Origin: Vitrella brassicaformis CCMP3155
Taxonomy: Eukaryota > Protista > Chromerida
Assembly: GCA_001179505.1 (NCBI GenBank)
Contig: CDMY01000091.1
Coordinates: 130,819-194,818, forward strand
Direction of reading: 5' to 3'
Length of the DNA: 64,000 nt
In this document: in pieces, positions 36,271 through 46,306 of the stretch
Layout: each line of letters starts with the position of its first letter
Numbering within the stretch: the stretch's first letter is position 1
Position numbers and translations under genes: made by a program
Notes under the pieces: model-generated
What the model was told of the DNA's origin: nothing
Seen by the model: the letters and a program-made list of their open reading frames with translations, nothing else
Databases searched by the model: none

Positions 36271-37599
36271 CACACACATAGACACACAAGAGGATTGATA
36301 CACACTCCACTCAATGCACGGAGGTAGGCTTTGCGAGGGTGCCACCAGCAAGCAGGTGGCGTCCTGTGAGAGAGCAACCTCAATCGCGTGAGAAGTTGAG
36401 AGAACAGCCATATTGAGCTCGTGAGTACCTCTTGGTTGGAGTCGGCGGATATAGGTGGGCGAGCAAGTATGACAGGAAGTTATTCGCACTCATGCGTGTG
36501 ATGTCTGTGGATTCCGATGCTCTTCGTTGTTGACGCAGTGACGTGATAGCCGTCGGGCGAGAAGGCATGTTTGGATACGGTCTTGAATGTGGCCCAGCGC
36601 CCTCCGAATGAGACGCCTTCAACACCACCAAACTACGCCAGCGTATGCCCATGCTGAACTATAGCTCAACAGCGGCTGAGGTCTTCTTTCCTGTGTCTCC
36701 AATGAATGCATTCACACCCACCGAAACACCCGTCGTCCGCCCATTGAACAAGCGCACCAGCCGAACCTCATCTCTCTGGGCGCCGGCCGTTCAGCAGCAC
36801 GGCGCTGACGGTGTTGGTGTGAGTGCGCTGGGTGGTGGGCTGGGGATGGGCGTGGGTATGGGTGGTGTTGCTGGTGCTGGTGGCGAGAGCGTGCCGAGCG
36901 GTGGTGCTGGCGTAGCTATCAACGTTCCTGCCATGAGGTACGCAAACACCAACACGTCACACGCCATCCATCGCCTGCCGCGTATTCGTGTGTTGTGTTG
37001 TCTTGTGTTGTGTGGTGTGCTCTTTGATGCAATTCGGAGCGTTTGGGACTTCGTTCGCGACGATAACACCACACTGCCAGAGGTCCGCGCAGACAATCAG
37101 AAGACTCGGGCGTTTTGCGTGTGTTTGCAGGTGTCATCGTTGCCTACATTTTATATCCATTAGACGGATGGCATCGATCCTCACAGACACACACAGAGAC
37201 ACACAGCACATCGACACACACAGAGGCGCAATTTGTCTTGTGTTGTTGTGTGTAGGACGGCTCATTAACGAGCTGCATCGACCTTCGTGGCGAACAGGAC
37301 CGCACACCATTCGCCACATTAGCAGACGAGATGCTTCACTCGCCCGCATATGTTTGTGCTGTGTACCTGTTGCTGATGTCCAGGTATTCGCAGAGAAAGG
37401 GCTGATCCGCAAAGTGGCTGGACTCGGGACTGCGAGACAGACGACCACCCGAGATACTCACATCAACAGGCCGAGACACAAAATGACCGAAGTGATGGGG
37501 CGACTGCCATTTGCATCGTTGCGGTGAAGCCGGTCTATGGGGTAAGCGCCACTGAGTGATCACATTACATCAATCTCCCATCTCTGTCCATCTCTCAGG

Positions 37600-38746
37600 C
37601 GGCTGGGGAGGGCCTCCACGACCCGTGGCAGGACCTGGATTACGGCCAGCTGCGTGGCGCCGACGACGGGCGCAGGCTCGGCTACAGTGTCATACCACCC
37701 GCGCCCAAACCCATCGGCAATCGCACAAGTATGAAAGTTGCCCACAACACGCACCTCCCTCTTATCGTGTGGGTGACCTTTCACTCATCGGTCTGTTGAT
37801 GTCCTGTATGTCACCTTCAGCGACGGATCGCAAGCCGTTGGAGGAGGCTTGTGCAAAGGTTCCCACGCCACAGCGATGAATTGATGGGGCACAACACATC
37901 AGAGGCATCGATCCATCGTTCGTGTGTGCGCTACTTGTGCAGTGTGGTGCCCGGGTACTACGGCGCCCCTGCAGCTGCCGCTGCCGTGCCCGGAAGACAT
38001 CTCTAGCCAAGGCGCAGCAGGGCTCGACGGTGGACGAGTTGTGTTGGATATACGATGGCATTCCCGAGTGGGTAAGCGATCCAGTGCATTGAGAATGAGA
38101 TGCATGAAGGGCGGCTCATTCATGGCGCTGCATTGCATGGCGGTCTCTCTCTCTCTGTGCAATGGACTGTGTGTGCAGACTCGTTTGTGTGAGGAGGGTC
38201 GGCTGAGGGCGTCGCAGCTCCAGACGTACCGGAACATCGAGGCCCAGGTTGTTGCCAAGAAGAAATCAGAGCTCAAGAGTGAGCACTGGATAGACGAACA
38301 GAATGCCATTGAATGGACCCACTCGACTCAAATCGTCCATCTTGCCTTGCCTCTTTCTCTGTCTGTGTGTGTGCTGCTTGTGCCTCAGGCTGGTATGGGT
38401 ACCCCACGTACTACAGCCCCACCCACAACTACGGTGCATCGACGGCCATGTGAGCGGCATCCACACACACATTCACACACACACACACACATTCACACAC
38501 ACATTCACACACATAGGCAGGCGGATGGATGGATGCACCACTTGCCCTTGCTCTCTTGGTTGGTGCAGGACCCTGGGCGTGCCTGCAGCGGCTGCCGCTG
38601 GCAACTACTACGGCTATGGCTACACCAACATACCGGGCATGGGGGGCGGTGCTGCCGGCGGTAGTGGCGGGTGGGAGTGGTATTCGGGCGCGCCAGGGCC
38701 TCCCCAGCGGCCCCCCCACTTCAAGAAGAAACCCTGCTGCGGCTGA
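37600..38746 (+). CDS. Possible multi-exon Gly/Tyr/Pro-rich protein ending KKKPCCG
   Basis: Exon-like segments GWYGYPTYYSPTHNYGASTAM and TLGVPAAAAAGNYYGYGYTNIPGMGGGAAGGSGGWEWYSGAPGPPQRPPHFKKKPCCG* have AG/GT boundaries. Upstream exons are ambiguous. Confidence 0.4.
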
Positions 38747-38780
38747 TGAAGAGCTAGACACATACATACTCACAGGGGGG

Positions 38781-39080
38781 NNNNNNNNNNNNNNNNNNNN
38801 NNNNNNNNNNNNNNNNNNNNNNNNNNNNNNNNNNNNNNNNNNNNNNNNNNNNNNNNNNNNNNNNNNNNNNNNNNNNNNNNNNNNNNNNNNNNNNNNNNNN
38901 NNNNNNNNNNNNNNNNNNNNNNNNNNNNNNNNNNNNNNNNNNNNNNNNNNNNNNNNNNNNNNNNNNNNNNNNNNNNNNNNNNNNNNNNNNNNNNNNNNNN
39001 NNNNNNNNNNNNNNNNNNNNNNNNNNNNNNNNNNNNNNNNNNNNNNNNNNNNNNNNNNNNNNNNNNNNNNNNNNNNNNNN
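38781..39080. other. Assembly gap (300 N)
   Basis: Run of exactly 300 N, probably a placeholder size. Confidence 0.99.
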
Positions 39081-40430
39081 CCCCCCACGCTCACACACCC
39101 CACACACAGCCATGAGTTTTAGTGTCACCCTCTCTGTCTGCAGTAGCACCAGAAACAGCAGCCAGCAGCAATCTGTACATTTCGCACATCCAAACACCAG
39201 CAGAACCACAGGCACACCCACCCACCCACCCCTCCTTTCATTCGAGCATACCTATGGCTGAATGAGCCACTTATAGTAGCCAGTTGGAAAACACCCACAC
39301 ACACGCACACACGTGTGCTGCCCTTCACCAGTGCGCCAGTGCGTGTTGTATGGGGCGCACACAGAGGTCTCTCTGGTCTGTGTCAGGTCGGCAGCCATTC
39401 CTCGCAGAAGAAGAGCAAGTAGTCTGTCTGTTCGACGCCCTTGGCATTAGAAAACAGTTGCCCGCTCTCTCCCTCTCTGCGGGGTGTGTGTGGGGGGGGG
39501 AAGGGTGGAGAAGGCGGTTGACAAAACCGAAAGGAGAATGAGAATACGACGCCACATGAAGAGCAAAAGCAAAAGCAAAATCAGATGCAGAACGGTCAAT
39601 AGGTATCCACGAGTCTCTCTCTCTCCCTCTCCCTGGTTCGCTTAAACGCCAGCCATCGACACGACGCCATCGGGAAAACGACACACAGCCAGACGGACAG
39701 AAACGAGTCGACTCCACCCATCCATCCATCCATCCAAAACGGTTGCATACACACACAGCCAGGCAGGCAGGCAGGCAGGCAGGAAAACAGGCAGGCACCG
39801 CACATTCGCTTCGACTCGACAGACAGACAGACAGACGGACACAGGAAAACCAAAATCACTCCAAACCATGTGGCACCAAAAAAAAAAACCCATGTAGCCA
39901 TTCAGTCGGCCATCCATCCATCCAGAGAAGTAGGTCCGCAGAAAGGGGGCAGGGCATGGCGGGGCGGGGCGTACGGACAAAGCGGGGAGGGGAGGGGAGG
40001 GGAGGGAGGGGGGCCGATTCACGCCCTCCCTCCCTCCCTCCAGTAGTCTTTTTACAGACTTACTTACGACGTACGTGTGAATATTCTTCGCAGGCAGGCA
40101 CGTGGACAGGCAGGCAGGCAGGCAGAAAGAAAGACAGTCATAGGGCAGAAAGACAGTCATAGGGCGCGGCGCATACTCACACACACAAACACGCCACGCC
40201 CCTCTCTCTCTCTCTCCCCTGCACGACGTAAGCAGGTGTGTGTTGGTGGCACCGCCCTGATGCATCCCCCCACACCACACCACACCACACTACACCACAC
40301 CACACACATCCCTATAAAAGGAATGCGACCCCTCCCTCCCTCCCTCCCTCTCAGTCTCCTCTCCGCAGACCACACTCAGCCACGCAGAGAGAGAAAAATC
40401 AACCCAAGCCCCCCCCCCACCCCCACTCAC

Positions 40431-41935
40431 TCATTGTATCCCCAGCTCCTTCGACTTGCTGGTCTTGACGACAGGCTGCTGCTGTGGCTGCATCTCGGGC
40501 GACGAGTCGCCATCCTGCGTCGTCATCGACGGCGAGTCCAGCTCGCCCCCTTGGCCTGGGCCTGGTGGGGTGGTGGAAGCCTTCTGTGCGGCGGCGCTGT
40601 GTGCCGCGTGTGACGGCGTGGGCACGCAGCTTATCGTGGCGAGCCCGGGGTACCACATCTCCACGAGCTCACAGAGGGTGGCAAAGGCGGCCTCGAGGTC
40701 GTCGTTGACGAGGTTGTAGTCGAAGCCGACCTTGTCGGCCTCCTCGATCTCCTTGATAGCGTTGGTGAGGCGCTTCTTGACTTTGTCCTCACTCTCGGTG
40801 CCGCGGCCGCGCAAGCGCGTCTCGAGCACCGAGAGGGAGGGGGGCCGGATGAAGACATAGTGGGCCTGGCTGGCCAAGGCGCTATTCTTCACCTGCAAGA
40901 CTCACACACAGACACACAGGGAGAAATGGGCGTGTGTGAGAGAGTGGGAAAGGGCAACGGCCGGACCTGCTTGACGCCCTGGACGTCGATCTCGACGATG
41001 CAGACCTTGCCCTTGCACCTGACGCGCTCGACGGCCTCGATGGAGGTGCCGTAGACGTTGCCGTGCACTTCGGCGTGCTCCAGGAACCGGCCCTCCTTGA
41101 CGGCCTTCAAAATCCTCTCCTTGGTCTCAAACAGATAATGCACACCATGCTCCTCACCTGCACACACACAAGCGCCGTGCCCAACACCTCCTTCCACCTG
41201 TCAATCTGTCTGTCTGTGTGCGCGTGTGTGTGGTGGTGTGTTGCGCATGCTCACCAGTCCTGGGCGGCCTGCTGGTGTGGCTGACCGAGAAGCCGAAGGC
41301 CTTGGGGTACTTCTCCCTCAGCTTGGCCACCAACGTCCCCTTGCCCACCCCAGACGGCCCCGCCACCACCAGCAGCGGCTGCTGCTGCTCCAGATGCATC
41401 CCCTTGGCCCCACCCGCAACCTCCCCCCCATAGCCGCCTCCGTACGACGCCCTCGTCGACGCCAGGCTGAGCGTCGACTGGTGCGGCGAAGAGGGTTTGC
41501 CAAACTCGCTGTCAGGCTCGCCGCCGCCGCCGCCGCCGCCATGATGGGCACGCTTGACCCCGACCGAGATTGAGGGTTCGAGCAGTCGGAGGCCCTGCTG
41601 CACAGCGGGATTGTAGAGAGCGTGGTGGTGGAAAGAGGCTTTGACGGGGTAGGCACTGGGGTTGCGGGGCGGGGGGAGGAAGGACGAACCGGACAGAGCG
41701 CCCGACATCGACAGGTTCGACGCGGAACGGGCCGCAGCTGCCGATACTGATGCCGCCGACGCCGCCTGGCTCTCCATCAGCACGATCCCGCCAAGAGCAA
41801 CAGCCCTGCCGGTCGCCAACAAGACCGCTGCTGCTGAGAGCACCGTCCGCACCCCACTGCTGCCGGTTATTCTGCCGACAGACCGACAGACGGGGTGAAA
41901 ACGACCAAGGTCAAACGCTATGCTGACAACCTCAT
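40431..41935 (-). CDS. gmk: Guanylate kinase with long N-terminal extension (possible organelle targeting)
   Basis: P-loop [13 protein letters not shown]; [14 protein letters not shown]|EHGVHYLF; [15 protein letters not shown]; EIDVQGVKQ|VK; [31 protein letters not shown]; [10 protein letters not shown] 5-nt first exon ATGAG (41935-41931) plus a 59-nt intron joins in frame to [21 protein letters not shown]. Confidence 0.95.
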
Positions 41936-42082
41936 GTCAGCCTCACACACCCCTGCTCCCGCGCCGAGGTGTTTTCTCCTCTTCTGTTTTCTTCGAGTCT
42001 TGCGAGCTCAAATCGCCTGTGAGGAAAGGATGCCGCGGGGGAAAAAAGAGAGAGATTTGGAGGTTGAGAGGCCCAGCGTGTA

Positions 42083-43560
42083 ATGCCGTCACGCGCATTC
42101 AGCCGATGGGCGTCATCGCTTGACGCCCACTCATCCGTCCGCTTCCCGGGGCTGCAGAGCTGCGCGATGGCGATGGCCAGGAGCGGCAGATCTGGCAGAT
42201 CTGCGCTTCCCTTGACGGCAGCGATCCTTGCGGGCGGCGTGGTGGCCGGCTGTGTGGCGTCAAAGCACTTCCAGCACCTGCTGCTCATGCACACGAGGCA
42301 GCGGCAATCCTGTTCATCAGCAGCCAGATGTGAGAGCCCCCAAGACAGCACCAGCAGCACCAGCACCCCGACCAGCACGACAAGCAGCATCTTCCCGTTC
42401 GCTTCTTCTGCTAAAGAGCGGCTGATCATCTTTTGTAAGTACCCTCGCCCCGGCTTCTCCAAGACCCGGCTGGCGCCCGCCTTGGGGCCGGGGGGAGCCG
42501 CCCTGGCGCACAAGGAGATGGCGGAGGACACATTTCGGCTGGGCAGGGCCTTCCAACTTGACCGCAGGAAGGCCTCTAGCTCTTCATCTGACGGTGTGCC
42601 TGATGTGGAGATCTTCCTGGTGGGCGAGAGCAAAATCAAATTCAGGCGGTGGCTGAAACGGGCGCTGATCGACCCCTCTGTGTCTGCCGCTGCCGCTGCT
42701 GGTGCTGGTGCTGGTGGTGGTGCTGGTGGTGGTGATGCTGGTGGGAAAAAGGACAAGCACGAGGTGGCGGCGAAATGGGAGGATCGGCTTGAGGCGGCCC
42801 AGGACTTCTACGACGAGCGGCGCAACATCTTCAGCGGCTTCACGCTCCCCGCCGTCCCCATCAAGGACGCCCTCATGCCCCTCGTCCACAAGGCCCTCGG
42901 CACCGACAAAGACACAGACACAGACAAGGACAAAGACAAAGAGGGGAAAGAAGCGACAGAGAAGAAGCCATTATCCCCCGCCCAGAAGCAGAGGAAAGAA
43001 GAGCAGCAGCTGGCATTTCGCCTCGAGCCGCAGCCTGACGGCGATCTCGGCCAGAAACTGCGCCAGGCGTTCGTGCGGGCCTTTGGTGAGGGCAGACAGA
43101 GGGTGGTGTCTGTTGGGACGGACTGCCCGGATCTCTCTGTCGATCTGCTGCGAGAGGCCTTCGACCACCTGAAGAAGGACAAGACCGTCGTGGTGGGCCC
43201 GGCGACCGATGGCGGATACTACCTCATCGGTGAGCGCCCGTCTGACCTGACGACACACACACTGCACTGCGCACAATGGCCGGCGATGCCAGACCAGATG
43301 GATGGATGGATCTCTGTGTGTGTGTGTGTGTGTGTGTGCAGGTCTGTCGGAGCGGTGTGACGCCCTGTTCCAGGACATTGACTGGTCGACGAGCAAGGTG
43401 CTCTCGCAGGCCCTCCAGCGCGCCAAGGATGCCGGCTTCAAGGTCCACAAGCTGCCCACACTCAGCGACATAGACACACCTAGCGACCTGCCCGTCTTGG
43501 AAAAGGTCAGCAATGCCGGGAAAAGAACAAAAAAGGGGGCTGCACGTGTGTATAAGTGTC

Positions 43561-43592
<32 letters not shown>

Positions 43593-45195
43593 GTGGTTTG
43601 TTGGCAGGCTCGTGCACGTGCAGGTCGTGTGCCGTCGCGGGCTATCAGAGAGAGGACGTGCAGCATCGGTAGGTCAGACAAGAGAAACTACACACACACA
43701 CTGACATCTGTCTATGTGTTGTGGTGTGTTGTGCTGCGTGTGTTTTGTGCAGGTGTAGTGATCCCGACGCTCAACGAGGCGGCGACCATCGCGACCACCA
43801 TCCACACGCTGCTCTACCGCGCCTCATCGCCCACCGCACACAACATTCAAGTGGTCGTCTCAGGTCAGCCAGCATCCCAAACCTCTCCCTCTCACTCACA
43901 CACACACACACACACGCAGAGAGATTATCGGTCAGAGAAAACGCCCCGAATGCGCGTGTGTGCAGATGCTGGCAGCACCGACGGCACGTACGAGAAGGTC
44001 AAGCAGCTAGTGCGCGACCACCCTAAGCGCGTGAGGTACGTCTGGGGCCGCCGGTCGAGGGCCGAGCAGTTCAACAGGGGAGTGGACGCTTTCGACACGC
44101 CACCAGACATTCTCTTCTTCCTCCACGGCGACACCACCATGGCTCACGTGCGTCAGGAGAGACACACACGCCTCTCTCTCCCTCTCTCCCCGTGTGTGGG
44201 CCCCCCCTCTCTGTGTGTGTGTGTGCAGGGTTGGGACAGAGACCTTGTTGACGCGCTCCTCTCCGACCCTTTCAATGTCGCCGGCGCATTCCGGTTCAAG
44301 GCAAGCCTCGGATCGCCAACACATGAGCTCACAGCATCTGTGCCATGGGCTGTGTGTCGTGCTGCTGCTGTGTGTGTGTGTGTGTGGTAGGTGGATTCGC
44401 CTCGCTGGCTGCTGCGTGCGATTGAGTGGAGTGTCTTGAAGCGGTGCGAGTGGTTCCAGTTCCCCTACGGCGACCAGGGGCTCTTCATGGCTCACAGCAC
44501 ATTCCAACGGGTGTGTGTCCCTGTGCATACCCACACACATCATCTCTCTCTCTCTCTCTCTGTGTGTGGGTCTCTCTCTCTGTCAGCTTGGCGGCTTCCG
44601 GACAGACCACCCCATCATGGAGGACTTTGAGATCGTAACCATCCCCCTCACAAACGACACACACATCTGTCTCTGCAGTCAAGCTCCTGGTCTCCCCCTC
44701 TCTCTCCCTCCCTGTTGGTTTGTGCAGGTGCAGCGGCTGCGCAAGATGGGCCGCATCGCTTTGACAAAGGAGGACGCCACGACGTCAGCCCGGAGATGGG
44801 ACCTGCACGGCGTACCAAAGGTGGGCATATCTTACCCTCACCCAGCACACAGTGGTACTTGTGTCTGTCTGTCTGTCTCTCTGTGTGTGCGCCAGGTGAC
44901 TTTTCTCAACTGGTTTTTCGCCCTGGCTTACCTGTGGGGCGTCTCGCCCAAGACCATCTACAAGTGGTCAGCATAGATAGAGTCATGTGTGTGCCCATCC
45001 ATCCATCCATCCATCAGGTATTACGGGCGCCCCGCAGCTCGTGAGGACCGGCCGGCCGACGCGGTGCCGGCGGACCTTCCGCCGACGGAGAAGCCGCCGC
45101 CGATCGTGCCAAGGCCCGCCAGGGTGCCCAAGATCCCCGAGTTCGGCAGTGGGGCTGGCCCCGACTTCCAAGACCAGCTGAGACCACCTGAGTGA
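42083..45195 (+). CDS. Fusion of DUF2064/TIGR04282 (CofC/MobA-like) and GT2 TIGR04283 families (rSAM/selenodomain- or arsenosugar-associated transferases 1 and 2)
   Basis: N-domain: LIIFCKYPRPGFSKTRLAPALGPGGAA; QPDGDLGQKL; VVSVGTDCPDL; VVVGPATDGGYYLIG|LS; LFQDIDWSTSKVL; LPTLSDIDTPSDL. C-domain: VVIPTLNEAATI; DAGSTDGT; SRAEQFNRG; LFFLHGDT; AGAFRF; FPYGDQGLF; LGGF...IMEDFEI|VQRLRKMGRI; TTSARRW; TFLNWFFALAYLWGVSPKTIYKW|YYG. About 11 GT-AG exons. Confidence 0.9.
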
Positions 45196-46306
45196 TTGAC
45201 GTGAGCTGGCTGAGCATGTCGGCGTGTCCTTTATTCCTTACGATTGACCTGTGTCTAATGCACGTCTGCAGCAGACGTGACATGCTTTGAGGTGTGTGGT
45301 ATTGTGCGTGTCTCGTGTCACCTGGATCTCCGTCACGACGTGCTGTGGCTGTTGGCAAAGCAGCCGTGGCGTGGCGTGACGGCAAGGCTGACGACATGCG
45401 ACACGGACAGGCGACGAGAGAAAGAGAGAGAGGGGTTCGGATTTTGTTGTGTTTGGGGTGATGTGAGCTGAGAGAGATGGGCCTTATGCGCTTCTGCGTG
45501 TGCGTGTGCGTGTGAGAACGGTTTGATGCTGTGACACACAGGCTGCTGGTGGATATGTGTCGGTGTGAGGATGTCATTCAGGCCCTTGGGGTCAACATCG
45601 ACACAGCGTGTCATGAGATATGTGAAGTACCCATCTACCCACACCTACCCTCATCCATTCACGAGAGAATGTATGGATGTGATGCCGATGTGTGACGTTT
45701 GATGTAGTAAGAGGTGACAGGGAATCCACCGGCACCCAGACGCATTAAATGTGAGAATCCATCCATCCATCCGTCAATGAATTCACCACCCACCGATCCA
45801 CACACACACACACACACACACAAACCTCTCTCTCGTCGCCTGTCCGTGTCGTGTGTCGTCAGCCTTGCCGTGACGCCAGGCTGTGGCTGCTTTGCCAACA
45901 GCCACAGCCTGCCGTCACGAGGTAGCCCTCGACACACGACACGCACAAGCGACCAACCGACCTCACCACAACCAACACACCAGACCTCATGACAACCTGA
46001 TAGTGATCATCATCAGCAGTAGGAAGATGCGCACACAACACAGAGCCACCTGTCTGATGCCCGCGCCATGTCGTGTGTGCGACGCCTTGCTGTGGGGCCA
46101 GGCCGGGGTGGGTGTGCCGCGAACCGCAGCTTGACACTCTAGCAGGCCGTCTCACACGCGACACGCATAGGCGACCAACCTTAGAAGACAGCACAAAACA
46201 AAACGATGCGGCAGCACACAAACGAAGAAGCCCCCCATGACACACGAAAGACCTCCCCCCTCCCCCTCCCTCTCTCTGTCGCATCACGGCGCCTGTTGTT
46301 GCACTG

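Noticed and set aside
41932-42756. 274-aa minus-strand ORF overlapping the transferase
   Set aside because: It is the antisense shadow of a GC-rich exon and has no motifs.
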